Under the pieces are notes generated by a model. It had not been told where the DNA came from and ran no database searches. It saw nothing but the letters and a program-made list of their open reading frames with translations. DNA of 64,000 bases from Phoronis australis (lineage: Eukaryota; Animalia; Phoronida). This document shows positions 1 through 21,500 of the stretch, piece after piece (the stretch's first letter is position 1; every line of letters starts with the position of its first letter). A program made the position numbers and the translations under genes. Where the stretch lies: assembly GCA_002633005.1 (NCBI GenBank), contig NMRA01000325.1, positions 289,290-353,289 on the forward strand, read 5' to 3'.

Positions 1-7286
<7,286 letters not shown>

Positions 7287-8542
7287 GCGAGCGGCGCATG
7301 CCATCTCCCGGCACATGTCATGGGCATGCCATGCTCGCCAGTCAGAGAGAAGTTATACCAATTTGTGGTGTGCTTTTCACCACCCTTGACTATGGTCTTC
7401 GTTATCTGGTCATTTTTGCACTGTTGGAATCCTGTTGGGGATCAGAGATGTCCGCACTGAGTGGCAGGGAATTTTGACTGTAGCATTTCAAGAAGTTTCA
7501 TGCCAAGTATAGTTGATTCACCTTCAGATGTATGTGGGTTGTATAATCTGGTGCTCAGAAGTCTACTTGTATGTGGTGTGCAACTTTTGAATTTTTCTAC
7601 TTCAGCGTTATTTGTGCGGCATAATTTATTAAAACTGTTTTCTTTCTCATTTGGGTAAATTTCCTCCTGATTAGTTGATTTAGGTCTGTCTTTAACTCGC
7701 TGAGGATTGTAGTCAAAGATTCTTATGCATTAAATGTAGTTTGAAGTTAATTTATATTATGTAATGATATGGAAATGCTGTACATGAATATTGTACATAG
7801 TGTTGTAAATAGGATACCAGAGCTTAATGACGTTGTCCTTGGATTGGTGTTGCATCAGGTAAATAGGGTATTTCCACTGATGAGACTTCTGAGGAAGAAG
7901 TTGAATGACTAATGTTCGTCCGAATCTTAAACATTTGCTTAATAATTGGCGTATTTTTTTCAAATATGAGTCGCACATTTCAATTCCGTGTGCATCAAAG
8001 CTTTTATCCAGCTTGAAATTAATACTTGTAGATATTTTGGGGTCAGTTTTGGGGTGAGTGGAGTTTCATGCAACCAGTCTTTTGCCGTCCATCTTTGAAT
8101 TTCTGAAAGGAAGTTCCTTGGCAAGTTTGTCAATTAACAGTTTACCATTCGTCATAAGGAGTTATCTTCTGTCATCTTTAGTCAAACATTGATGACATGT
8201 TGCTGCACTAAAACTGGCTTTGTTTGCCCTTTGATTTTGTTATCTGGATTAAAATTTAACACCAGATGATGAAACTATCAGTAGTTCTTTTTTCTGCAAT
8301 ATGTTCTTCATGTCCACACAAAAACTTTCAAGCATTGCTTCTGGTCTGTGCTTTACAGGATTAAATGTTAAGAGCACCTGTTATTAGAATTTCAGAGAAG
8401 ACAGAGATTTTCAGTCACATCATCCAAAGCTGGTGTCTCAATGTTTGTGTATATACAAATGTGAGAATTATCCCCCTTGCATTTCCCACCTGTCCCCTCA
8501 GTTTCAGTCCATTGTTCTTATATTGTATATAAACTATTATTT

Positions 8543-8548
8543 AATAAA
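8543..8548 (+). terminator. Putative Rab6 polyadenylation signal
   Basis: AATAAA about 1.25 kb after the stop codon, followed by GT/T-rich sequence. Confidence 0.5.
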
Positions 8549-11500
8549 AATCAACTGAACTAATTATGATTTGTCGTGTGTTCCCCCTTGCACTTTGTAA
8601 AATTGTTTTAGTTTATACCCATATCATTCTTTGTCAGTGTTGTTCATGTACCGTAAATCCTAAAGTCATGTTCAGCAAAATTAAAAAAAATGAATACCAT
8701 CTTCAAACTAGACAAACTCCAGGCTTGTCAATAACTGAACTCCACTGGTTTCACAATGTTATGTAGTAGAACTGTGAGTGCTTATCTAGCAGTGAAGGGT
8801 GTTTAAGAATCTGAAGTGGTCTACATCCAACTTTATGGTGTTGTGTGTGTCTTATTTTGAATAGATGAAATTCGCACCTTTTCTGTTTTGCATGGGTTCC
8901 TGTCGTAGTGATTTATCTTCCTCTCCTTTGGCGAGTCTTCATTCCTTGTGAGTTCACATAGTGTTCTTTTCTCGTGAACTCGCTTCTTTTCACAAACACT
9001 TTTCGTGCGCACCACAGACCACAGTGCCTTTACTTTCAAATACACTTCTGTTCTCATGATGTAGACTCACTGGTAGGAATTATGAGCATGTATCTAAATT
9101 GTAAAAGTACCAAATGGTCTAGGAAGGAGTGATTTTAAGCAAAAATACTGTCATTGAAAAAAAGAATTTGATCTTGTAAAAAAGAACCGTATTCATGATG
9201 AAAGACCGTTACTTGGGACTTTCTTGAGATCGGAAACTGGGTAACTCTAAGTATTGATTTGGTTTAGCTGCTGTGTGCTTATAAAACGAAGTCTTTAAAG
9301 AGTAAGGTTTGAGACAAACGCAATTTTGAAATCGGAAAGTGTCTGCGTAGCCGGCAAAAACGGCATGCTGACTGTTTTTGGTGGTGTCCATAGGGGGGTC
9401 GAGCTCCTGCCCCCCTGCCTGAATCCACATAGACGCAGGTGAAAGTTGCCGTTGCCTCCCCGTTACCGATTTTACCCTCAATCGGCACCGTTTAACGCGA
9501 GTTGTTACCTTAGTTAATTAATTGGCTTCATCCTCCTGCGTCCGACCTTTTGTAACTTCACCCACTTTCCATTGGTTCATGNCCCCCCCCCCCCCCCCCT
9601 CTATATTCTGCTTGGGGTAAGAGGTGTAATGGAGGAGTGCCTACACAACAAGTGTGTCTTACTTTTTGTACACGTCACCGTCTTCTTAGTAAGAAGTTCC
9701 TTCATTTGGTGCCGCTTACTTTGGAGCCATCGTCTCATCATTGGCTTACTATTGACCAGTTCAGCTCTTCAACATAAGGAGACGGAACGCTTCAGTTTCC
9801 CGTGCCCTGCTGCTTTTGCTGAAGCGTGGCAACCAGTTAGCTTACGGTGGTGCAAGCTAGCTTTCCATAGAATGTTCTTGTTCTATGTTATTGAAAATTC
9901 AGGGGGACGCCATAATTGAGGATTGAGGAACATGACCAGAGAGGGTTTGACAATAAACATATTTGCCCCTGCAGCATCAAGACATATCAAGCCATCGAAA
10001 ATTGTGTTCTAGTTTGTTGCCAAGTTCATTAAGGTACAGTAGCCTGCAAAGGAGAACGCTGTTAAAATCCGACTGGCTTTCAACTGAACAAGACTGAAAA
10101 CATTCCTTACGATCTGCAGTTGCTTTGTTAACCATCGAGGTCTTGGTGCTCTCAAGTTGACTAGGCAAAATGAGTAAAAATATCATAGATGCTACGGAAT
10201 AGGATTGCGATGTTGTCCTCCTGTGCTATTGTGCCGTCTAGGAATCATTGCAGGGAGATAGTTACGCGAAATTGGTTAAGACAACCTATCTTGTCCACCA
10301 CTTTTCACAGTGCGCTACTTGCTGGGTGCCATCTTCTCATTGCAATTGTAATGCCATGAAGAACTCTACGGTAGTCATTGACCTCACTGGAAGTCGGCAT
10401 TCGTAGTCGGTTACTTGTGCCACCATATTTACTCTTCGGAAGCAGGTGGTCTTAAAGATACTCTTAGAGAGCTCTTTTGACAGTGGCGGTTCTAGGATGT
10501 CACAAGGGGGGAAAACATGAACAGTTGGTGTTTCCGGCTCTACACACTGGACGTTGCCGATCCGAGGAGGATGCTGTCGAGGATTTGCGATCCATGTTCA
10601 ATTTACATTTTGACGCCAGTTTCGTGTCGCGTTAAAAGATTTAAAAATATAAACGCAATTGTTCTGCTTTTATATTGTTTAAAATTCGCAACAGGTGGTG
10701 TGAGATCCGTTCCACCTACATATACATGAACTCCTACCCTGAGCTCAGTGGTAATCTTGCAGAGTGTTACATCCATAAAAATTGGTTTGGGCACTAGTAC
10801 TCGATTTCGCATACCCTACTGTTCTGCGTTTTAATCTCATTGTTGAAACCTTCAGATCACATTAGGATCATTGTGCATATGTTAAGTCAGTTGAAATAAA
10901 AATCTAAGTAGATTGAACACTCAGAGTCAACATTTGCATGGTGAGTTGACAAGCTTATTCATCCTTAACAATAAGTAGACATTGAATTGCGGCCACCGGA
11001 ACCACGTGACGAGGGATGTCAAGATGGCGCCTGCACGTGCTGACTGTTTAAGCCATGCACAGTCAACCGGTTCTTCCAAAGGACTCGTGGTATTTTAAAG
11101 AATACTAAAAAGCTCATTCTAGCGAAAGATCATTATCTAAACTTCGATATTGTCTAAATGATGAAATCGTTTTGTTCATGCTCCATTTATGTCTTTTATT
11201 CATTGTTGACAACTTTTAACCCCGCGTTAGGACACGACCTAGAAATTTTGATTTTGCTGGCGGCTGTTCATGAACGTCCTCCTAACAGAGTGTGTGGAAG
11301 TGACTAAAAATCTGGTCAGTCGCAGCAAAGAGCCAATGGGAAAATTAGCAGGCTTTTTCACGCATTTTATTAGGTTGTTATGTACTACCCTAGAAAGTCA
11401 AACGGACAATTGCCGCACAAATTGTCCGTTTTCTGTTTTTTGATTCTATCATGGCCAAAAACTGATGTAATTGCCCTAGAAAAGTCCCAGTCCTTGGCAA

Positions 11501-11960
11501 CTTCGGAATATCATATCTCATAAATAGCTATTCGTGTGCAAATTAAACTTTAAGAAGTTATGCTTTATGCACTGTTCTGAAAAACGCTGTTAAGAATTGT
11601 TTTAAACATGATTTGCTTTTAAAAGAGCGACTGTATAAGGGGATTTATATGAAAAACTTTAGAAGCTGCATAAAACGAAAACGAACATTTACATCAAACG
11701 AAATTCGGTCATTTTACTTATTTTTCCCGCCGTTTTGCTAACTTGAATACTGCTTTCTTTTTTGCTAAACTTTACTAGACGTGGCAATCGATAGCAGAAT
11801 GGTATAAAGTCAAGAATCGTATTTTACAGGCTCTCTGCTTTCAGAAAATATATATTTTTACTCAGTTAAATTTTATAGTTTTGTAAATACTTGACTGGAT
11901 ACACAGACTTGCAGGTAAGGTTCTTCCTACTATTACCCAGCATTCCGTCCGAGAAGCGAA

Positions 11961-12207
11961 CTTTTGCTTTAGACCACTTACATCTATAAAATTGGTCCCA
12001 ACTTGTTCCTCACCCAGATGAGAAAGAATTTTTGGGATTATAAAGAAGTGACAGTTCGTTTCTACTTGAGATCCTGCCTAGAGCATAAAATGACATCCCG
12101 CTCATGGTAAGCCTCCTGTGTAGTCTGATCTTAAGCACTAACGAACTGGAATCTTCTCCAATTTGGCTATGGAACAATTTCAAACGGTAAGTGGTCTAAT
12201 TCAAAAG
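11961..12207. mobile_element. MITE-like element
   Basis: Imperfect terminal inverted repeats: CTTTTGCTTTAGACCACTTAC (11961) and GTAAGTGGTCTAATTCAAAAG (12187-12207). Confidence 0.5.
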
Positions 12208-13638
12208 ATCTTTTTTGTGATGGAAGTCGGTTTTCAGCCGTATAACTTTCCCACTGAGATTTTTCGGTCGTGCCTCCAGGGTTTTGACTTTGTTTCGCAT
12301 CGCATCGTAATTTGAGAACCTCTCTAATAACATTTTATTTGTTGTAATGCCAATGAAGTTTATTCTTTTCATTTTTTTTTTTTTTCATTCACGTCATTTG
12401 AGTGTCGGGGCCTTGAGTGAAACAACGTCCTAGCGAAGATTATTTGCTCAAGTAAATGTGTAGATGCTCTATGTTTTTGTCCAGTAATTGTAGCGTTCAT
12501 TTTTCAAATTTCTGTAGAAAAGTTAACATACTTATTTCAATGTGAGATTTTGCTGACAACTCGCTGTCTGTGACCGCTTTATTTAATAGCTGCGAGGCTG
12601 TTCGGAAAATGATAAAGTTCTCACCGATAGGGATAGAGATGTATCACTGCTAATTTCGAATTTACTGTAAGGTTTCGAGTTCCACTAACTCAAATGGATT
12701 TTTGTGTCTCTCAAATCATTTTAAATTCGTCTTAGTTTATCAGTTAATTTGATCAATTTTAAAGGTAATTGGTATCTAAGTTATTGGTATCTGTTAATGC
12801 CACCGTTTGTCTCGCGTTTCTCATAATAATTTGTCGTTATGTCTCATATGATATATATATATAGGTGCGATGTCCTTTGATTAGGCCTTTGTTCTGGTGT
12901 TGATACTTTTAATGGTGTGTTGTGTGATATATTCTATGACTGGAGTCATAGACTAAAATATTTATTACATACATGTACGTGTACTTTCGCATAGTGTGTC
13001 GTTCCGATGGTTTGACCAAACATAGATGATGTGACTTATGTAGTATTGCTTGAAAAATCTCACTCTAGAAAAGAGTAGCACATTTCAAATGAAATTTTGT
13101 GTGTGGTAGTCGATTCGTGACGAGATATCGTTTTCACTTACTGCCAACTGTTGTTGTGACCATGCAGATATTGAATTTTGGTGCCGGTGTTATGGGAGGA
13201 GTTGGAGCCGTTGGTGTTCCCTTTGGCGTCCTGGGCTGGGTTGTATAAAACTTAAAAACTTACCCTCTGGATAACTTTGATTATTGCATGACGTCAAAAG
13301 CAGAGTTCGGCTATAGTGAGGTGCATCACGTGCGATAGTGTGATGTGATTGTTGTTGTTCAGCGTATAACTTTTATGCAACCGGGCCCTGTCGATTGTAA
13401 GTCGTTAATTTCCTTGAAAATTTTAGTCGGGGGTAAATGATAAAAACCTTGCCAAATGTCTGCTATACGGTGCCGAACGAGCGCATAATGTAAAATGACT
13501 TCGTGTAAAGTAAGCAGTGGGGGATCAATGACCATGAAGTCTAAGCTTCAAGATCCCCTGTTAACAGATTTTCTATTATATATTAAGTTAACTGGCATAA
13601 AACTGGGACCTCATCTTGCGGTGACAGGACCCCACAAC

Positions 13639-13768
13639 ACTGGCGGTTCTAAGATTCGCAAAGGATCCCAACTAGAGTTTTTGAAGGTCTCAAAATCGGC
13701 GTTTTTTTTTTTTTGGTCGCGTCCGTAAGAGGTCTCGGGCCTCATGGACCCCCTTTAAATCTGCCTAC
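13639..13768. mobile_element. Short hAT-like MITE remnant
   Basis: Ends resemble CTGGCGGTTCTAAG ... TTAAATCTGCCTA. Related termini occur at 10481 (CAGTGGCGGTTCTAGG) and 63908 (CAGGGGCAGATCCAGG). Confidence 0.35.
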
Positions 13769-14384
13769 AATATATGCACGACAAGGTGGTCTAAGTTATG
13801 CATTACAGAGGGGTTTGAAATCCGTATGAAGACATAAGCAACGGATACGAGTGACACTGGTCGACGGGGGGGAGGGTTACATGGCGACCGGAGGAATGGA
13901 CGTGGCGATCAGGGGAAAGGGCGTGGGAGAATTTGCCAGTCTGCATCATGCCGCCGTAAATGTAGGTCTACACAACTGGCGTTATGTTAACCACGCGGCA
14001 CTGAAGAAGATAGAGGACAATTTGTTGTGTCGAGGGGTGGCGCTTTAACAATGCTGAGATTAGCCGTAATTAGCATTATAGATGTTTATGTATAATATTG
14101 TATGTTCCTTTTACGATATTCTATGAGCTAGAATACGTTGATAACTTATTGGAATTGTTATATTATGCATGCTAAGTTGTAATTTAATTGAATGAATTAT
14201 AGATAAAAAGTTAAGTTTATACCCTTCTTTGTATTTTCTTTTATAAGCCTACATTTTGACTACAAAGCAAGATTAGCGTGACAAATTTTCATTAGTAGGA
14301 AATTGATAACACGTGCTTTGCTAATAATCAATGTCATGTTTTTATAAGAAGGGAAGTGCCTTCCTGAAAATATGTATACACACG

Positions 14385-14660
14385 TCCTAACGTTTCGTTT
14401 TAATTCTAAATATCATCAGTGGAAAAAGTACACCACTAAGAAGAACAATGAAAATAACCAATCAAAATGAACAGAGACAAGGACAAAAATGGCGGGAGTC
14501 AAAGCCATGAGAGCTGTAACTGCAGATGTGCTATAATTGTTATACAGGAAGAGGGAGGATTTAGATTCAAGAGTGTACAGGTTAGATTGCATACTCTAAC
14601 AGATTCTTCGCGTGGTTTCAGTCACTGCCGCTTCTTCCTATTTGTCATGACTAGCAACCT
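14385..14660 (-). mobile_element. Possible Penelope-like element 3' remnant with a decayed hammerhead
   Basis: The minus strand reads TCCA-CTGATGA-TATTTAGAATTAAAAC-GAAACGTTAGGA (14385-14423). It is preceded by a stop-containing frame (RKKRQ*LKPREESVRV...LNLNP) loosely like a GIY-YIG C-terminus. Confidence 0.35.
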
Positions 14661-15895
14661 TATATGAAATTTGAATAAGTAAATTCGTTCCTGGAGTGGC
14701 TCAGAAATACCTCACTCTGGGCTCATTTGAGACTTTATTCAGTTTAAAAGGATATTAAACCTTGTTGTGATGATTTCAAACAATCGTCGTTCTGTCACCT
14801 GCTGATGCTTTATTGGCGATAATCATTCAAGCTAAAGGCAGGAATCAACAAAAATCATTCTTCCTATGTCACATATTGAATATTATGGTCCTTCGTGGGT
14901 GGTCTTTTCTTACATTTTACGTGAAATTCGCTAAAAGTGTCGGTCACGCTTGCCCGTTTAGAAAGAAGTTTTAAAATTTTCCTCCAAACTTTCGAGTGTT
15001 GTCGAGGGTTACAGAGCATTATTTTCTTTCAGAGAACTGGATGAAAAAGTCGTTGTTAGTATCTGATAATAGGCCCTAACCGAGTTTTGCATCCTTTTAA
15101 GTGCCCACTTGTACGTACAGAAAATTTCCTCAATTTTTCATGAAAATTTATTAATCATATACACAAGTACACATATGTATACTCACCGTATGAGTATATT
15201 TCAAATAAGTACAAGTAATAACATTATATTTCACACCTACATTTCACATGCATTGGTATACATGTAAGTGAAAACAAGAATCTTTGCTCTTCAAGCATTG
15301 TGTTAATATGTTAAACCAAACAATTCGATTTAATGCTTATAACCTTTTCGGATCCATATCAGTTTCATTACCTTGGTGTATAAGTGCATACGTATCACTT
15401 TATAACGACCATTACTATGATTTTGTTCTAACATTTTACTTGATTTTTCTTCATCCATAAATGAATTTATAAATAAGTATTCTAGACTCTTCCATTTCGA
15501 CGTAGGAGGATCAGAGAGGGCGATGAAAAGAAAAACTGACTTATTTTAAAACGTACCTTGCTTGAGTTTGTTAAATTTCTTGTTGGCAATACTGTGTTCA
15601 GCCTTTAGATTTTTATGACATTCCTGTGCAAAGTTAATATGTAGAGTGTCAAACAAATCAGTACTAAACACTATTTCTAGTTCAGTGAATGGATTAATTG
15701 TCCATGTTACATGTTATTGTGACAAAATTATATTTTCTTTAGAACGACTGAATCCTGCTCTCGATATTTAGTTTAAATTAGATTTCAAACCTGAATACTT
15801 AGAAATTGTTTTAAAAGATCTAATTTTTAAGGGATTTCTCTGACACATCAAGAAAAATGGCTGTGTCATCAACATACTTAATTATCTTTAATTTC

Positions 15896-16150
15896 AAGTT
15901 ACCAATATCACGAGTTACCAATATCATGAGTTACCAATATCATGAGTTACCAATATCATTAGTTACCAATATCATGAGTTACCAATATCATGAGTACCAA
16001 TATCATGAGATACCAATATCATGAGTTAGCAATATCATGAGTTACCAATATCATGAGTTACCAATATCATGAGTTACCAATATCATGAGTTACCAATATC
16101 ATGAGTTACCAATATCATGAGTTACCAATATCATGAGTTACCAATATCAT
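15896..16150. repeat. 16-bp minisatellite (GAGTTACCAATATCAT)n, about 16 copies
   Basis: A near-perfect tandem array visible directly in the sequence. Confidence 0.95.
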
Positions 16151-17934
16151 GTCAATATTTCCTAAGCATAAGCCTCCGTACTTCCACGCATATGAAAAAC
16201 GGATAAGATGGCATAGGGTACGGTACCGATGTTTATACACTCGCTCCGAGCACAAGACATTCAGCTTTGTATAACAAAAACGTTAGAACTATGATTCAGG
16301 ACTTTTTCACATTGAGTAATATCTTCCCTGAAGTTGAAGGATATGCACCAATTTCCAAAAAGGTTTTCTCAAAGTCAACAAAGCTTTAGCATGCCTGGGA
16401 TATTGTGATCCGGTAATGTATCTATTAGCAGAAGTCCTTTTTGGTTTTCAATGCATGCCGATACCGTAACTTGTATTCAATAGTGTTACCACTCTACAGT
16501 TATTAAAAAATCTCAAGGTTTATTACCTTCCGACAAAAGCTATAACCCTCTGCAGCTAAGTCGACAAAAAATCACCTGTCTCAAGAACCTAGTAACGATA
16601 GTACTAAAAACTGAGTAAATTCGGCCAGTATAGAATTTATCATAAAATTCAACTGTGGAAACCATCGCATCCTAGAATTTTCCGTTTTTAATTCTGTTAT
16701 AACAGGAAAAACTTCTTTTAAGCTTATTAAAGTACAAATGGCTTAGCAATAATCACTCTGTGGAAGCTTTCTATGAAAATCGCCCGTTTAGAACTGAAGT
16801 TTGGTTAGATAATGTACTTGCGGTACTTGCAGTTCGGGAAAGCCCGCAAATAACTAAGTGTGCTGAGCTGTGTGCCTCCAATATCTCTGTTCAAAAGTTT
16901 AGAAGGTGTCTCAACGCGAAACCTGTGTTTCTACGGGCAGCTAGTGAGTATCCGTGGGGTACTCACAATGAACTAAAGTATACCAGACTTCCAGCTCAGT
17001 TCGGCAAAAAGATGACTATTTTACGGTCAGTTTTACTATGAAAGGGCGTCTTTTCCGACACAACCCCCCACTAAAGTGCCACCTTTTAATGCAAAATTTC
17101 CTGCAACAAGGTTCACTTTTTGGAAATTCTAAACAAGTTTATTTTCTATCAACATACATTTAGAAAACAGAATGCAATATTTTCTGGGATTTTAAATGAT
17201 GGTATCATTTTTGATAACATGATGGCGTCTGTTCCCTAGGCTTAATGAGTACTGAAAAAATCAGTTGTCCAAAAATTCCTACGCCATTTTATGCATATGG
17301 AATGGACCCCTACAAAAGGTCTGTGTTTATGGAATAAAACCCTGGTACGAAAGAGTAACATTTCCGCCTTTGGAAACTCCCTAATGATTGAGTTCTCTGT
17401 TTCGTGTCCGCCCTCTGAATGGATTGGTATGCTAATTTTTCAGCGGTATCCTGTGTCAAAAATGTCACAGTTTAGTAGCCCTGAAGTGATTACTAAAAGA
17501 CTGGGATGGTTTTCACTATTTTGCCCACAGTTGACTGCCCTACTTGCGGCTTCGGCGGAAATTTTGACGGAGGGTGAACCCGGCGATGCACGCTTTTCTT
17601 TGTTTTTGTTCTTCTTTGCTCATCCTCGCCCGCAGTCCTTTTTGTGTTGAACAACTTCCTTTCACGTTAAGCGAATTCCTTCAAGAGGCTGATGGAATCG
17701 ATTGTCACACTGCACTTTTCAGGTTCGTTCAAAAAAGTTTTTAAAAGTTTTAAAAGTTTTTAAAAACTTTTCATGTCAAAGGTCTCTCCTTCGAGGAAAA
17801 CCCCTCTGTGGTGGGAGGAAATTACCCCCCTTAAGGTTTACAACACTGAGTAGCACACAAATGCAAAGCGGGCGACGAGTGTTGTCGCGATCGCTTATAA
17901 TTAAGATATGGCACTGCACGCCAACCTATTGGAT

Positions 17935-18189
17935 GGAATGAACGCTCCTTCTACACATTGTTACGCGATGAGCCGTACTTGATGTCAGTGCCATCTATTG
18001 ATCGATCGGCTTTGTTTTGCAAAATGACGTCATCTGAGAGGGAAATTCTTAGCATTCCATTCGCGGCCATGTTTGTCCGTGAGGGAACAGGACTTTCTTT
18101 CGCAAACAATTTCGTCGTTTTCTGGGTCTCTGCATAAATACAACACGATTTTTACGTTCTTAAACTGCTTAATATGGGTCTCGGGAATG
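17935..18189 (+). promoter_or_regulatory. Candidate angiomotin promoter/enhancer with TEAD (MCAT) and CRE motifs
   Basis: GGAATG at 17935, TGACGTCA at 18025, CATTCC at 18053 and GGAATG at 18184, in CpG-richer DNA. A possible non-coding-exon donor GTAAGA at 18404 could splice to the acceptor ending at 18566. Confidence 0.35.
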
Positions 18190-18579
18190 TTTAGAAGCAT
18201 CATATTTTGACATCGGTGAGTATCTATCGATCTTATACTGTATTCACTTGTTTGACCTATTTCTTCACTTTTAATATTCACTGGCACTCATCCCCGAATC
18301 CTCTCTCAGAATTTGATGTGAACTTCAGAATGTCGGATTTTCCTTCGGTCCAGGCTGAGCGTGTAGTTTCAGTACTGGTTATACGTGATATTCGTGTGCT
18401 TGAGTAAGAATATTGAGTCTGTTTGCGGTGTATAAACGAAGTGCTTTGTTTGCAAACAGTTGGAAAATAACCCCCGTGCTTCCGCTCTCTCTGTGCCACT
18501 GAATTTTAAGTCGGAAATCCATTCGTAGCATTGTGAACGAGTGTAATCTGAAATGCTTCCTTGCAGATGGTGTTAAACT

Positions 18580-21500
18580 ATGTCCCACTTTGGCAGAGAC
18601 CCTCCGCCTTACCCTGGTCATCTGAAGCATCTTCACCAACCAGGTGAGATCTGTAATACTCATTGATTGCAGCCTTCATCAGAGAAATGTCTGTTTTGTT
18701 AGTTATTTTTGCAAACCACCAGGCATCAGCCATCAGTTATTGATGAACTCCTGTTTGGATTGCTCTCAACAGCCACTATAGTCCCTTTAGTCCCATGGAA
18801 TTTTTTGGAACTTGTTAATTAATAATACAGACTGCAAAAATAATTGATATTTAAATGGGTAAATGACAGCTTTCCATGACATTGAAACACAATAAATGTG
18901 TAAATATTATAAAGATGGTAAAATCACACTGTCTGCAGTTCTCAATTATAACATAAGTTTACGTCCCCACTCACTTTGCAGATTCTGTGCATTAATTTGC
19001 CTCCATCATTCCTTTTCTGTCAGGTTACCGACAGAGTTATTCAGGTTCTGAGACAAGCACAGATCCATCTCTCTCCTCAACAGAGAACCTCAGTGTCCGA
19101 CAGGAACCTCAGGGAGAGGAGAGCTCCTATCAGAAAGTCATTCATAACCACCTCCTGGACACATCAGATGACGAATATACATACAGTATTCTCGCCCGTC
19201 TGGGCATGCCGGTGACCTCTGTTGAGGTCAAGGCATCCAACTCGAGCACATTTTACGTTACCGGGTCCCGCAGCCAACAGCAACAGGCGGTTGCCACAAC
19301 AATGGATCCAGCATTAAATAATTCTCTGCAGAGGTGGAATAATAGTCCGGAGCAGTCAATGTCATTACCGCCAAATCAAAGGCTCGCTAATGTGTACAAA
19401 TACAAGGACGTTAATACACGCACGGCGATGCAGTTAACTGGACAGATGCCAGCTCCCCCTATGGTGGAGCCACCATATCCAGAGCGACCTCCTCCGGAAT
19501 ATCCTGGAATGAAATTAACGGAGGAACTCCAACTGTCATATGAGGCTCTGGACAGTCCAGATGTAATGCAGCAAATACAGAGGCCACCTGACTTGAGTAA
19601 GGCATCAATTCGCGAAACAAAGCAGACAAATGTTTATGTCAACGACATCAAAAGTCAAGTGCAACATTTCGCAAGGTATTTATGCAATGACTACTGTTGG
19701 CCTGATTTTTGGGTAATGTGTGAAAATAAATGTGGCGAGCAAAGCCGAGCATACTGACATTAAATGAAATTGCAACAATAATTTTTGAATGACATTTATT
19801 TCAGTTATATAAACCAATAGTCAATTACTTCATTGTTGTATCTCAGAGTTTATTGTTGAAGTGATTCTAAGGACAACAGTGACAAAATTATCTTGTTGGC
19901 AATAACATGAAGTTCCATGGATGTCTATTTCACTGCAAGCTTGTGAAGAGAAATATTCAGCTCATTTGTTATTTCAGTAAAGTACAGACACTAGAACCAG
20001 ACTTTGCTGCTATTGCTAGGGCGCAACAAATGGTGGAGATGTTGTCGAGAGAGAATGACAAATTACGAGAGGAAAATGAGAGTTACTACAAGAAAGTAGC
20101 CAAATTACAAAAGGTTTGATTTGAGAGTATATTAAACAGTTAATGTGGACATATCACTAGCGTTATGCTGATCTAGTTTCAATGATTTGAGAGTATATTA
20201 AACACTTAATGTGGGCATATCACTAGCATTATGCTGATCTAGTTTCAATGGTCTTTGTGTTGAGAATGAAAAAAGGTATGAAATTTTCACACACTAATAA
20301 CTGCTACCAAGATTTGAGATCTGTTTATGTTTTGGTAACCAAAAGAACAACCTTTTGCTTGCTAAACAATTCTTTAAGAGTTAAAATTGTGTTTTGTAAT
20401 TGAGACTTGTTCCAGTTTTATTTTACTATATACGTGCAACATCTGTGTTTCACAAAGTGATTCAGAAATTTGTTTTCCAGTTTGAGATTGAGATTCAGAA
20501 AGTTCACGATGCTTATGCGGAGCTAGAAAGGTCTTCCCAGAAACGAGAGAATCTAGACAAGGCAATGAGGCTTCGATTGGAGGCAGAGATGAAAAAGCTG
20601 ATAGATGCTAATGCAGTATTAAAAGGTACCACAAAAAGTTCAGATGTTTTTTAACATAATTCTGGTCAGGTGTTGCTTTTGCTGAGTGTGCTGTTAGGTG
20701 ACCGGGAAGCAGCGATTTACAGAAATTTATTATAATTTTTATATTTTCATGGAGCAACATTTTATCATTTTATTCTTAACTGGAAATTTGCTTTTGTGAA
20801 TATTGTATGTGTCATCAGTTTATGTCTTTTTGTAGCAAAATGTGAAAAGCCTCAAGAATCATTTCCACAAAGTGAATCTGACTTGAGGAAAGAATTGTCT
20901 AGAAAGGATGCTGTGATAAACAAAATTATGCAACAAAGTAAGTGTATAATCCTACATATGTGCTGCATTGCCAGATTTATTGTTTTACTCTTAGTTAAAA
21001 TTTTGAAAATTGTTTCCTTTGGTGTTCGTTTGATAAAAAAGTTGTTTTGTTTTGTTTTGTTTTGTCTTGTGGTATCTTAAACTACTACGAGGTGTTATTT
21101 CAGAAGCAAGAAGTTATGTTAAAGGAGAGTATCTCATGGTGTATGTTTTTCCAGTTGTACCATATGTATGAAGGAATGTTGAACAGATGCTAAAAACTTA
21201 TCCATCCAATTTGGATGTATTTTACTACAGCATTTATTGTTGTTGTTGTTGTTGTTGTTGTTGTTATCTATTTCCATTCTGAGCAGCCAGCCAATGCGTG
21301 TTTTAAGTCATTGTCTAATGTGTATTTTGCAAGATAGCATCCAGCGGTGTCATTGAGATTCAGTTGGGTTGTCTTTACAACTTGTTGAAATTGAAAACCT
21401 GGAAAATTAATACTTTCTGATTTGCTTCTTAAAAAAGATGTCATTCAAAACCACTCTGCATACCCTACAAAACTGCTCTCAAAATTTCCCACAGGATTGA

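Noticed and set aside
7874-7925. CTGATGA-stem-GAAT hammerhead-like motif in the Rab6 3'UTR
   Set aside because: It lacks GAAA, the closing G-C pair and a credible stem I or III.
9572-10480. GC-richer stretch suggesting a decayed gene or transposon
   Set aside because: The frames examined contain stops and no recognisable motif.
12168-12192. ATG...GTAAGT as an upstream AMOT coding exon
   Set aside because: Its phase does not fit the downstream exons, and the donor lies within a MITE inverted repeat.
15896-16150. Possible CRISPR-like array
   Set aside because: Contiguous 16-bp units without spacers, in a eukaryotic locus.
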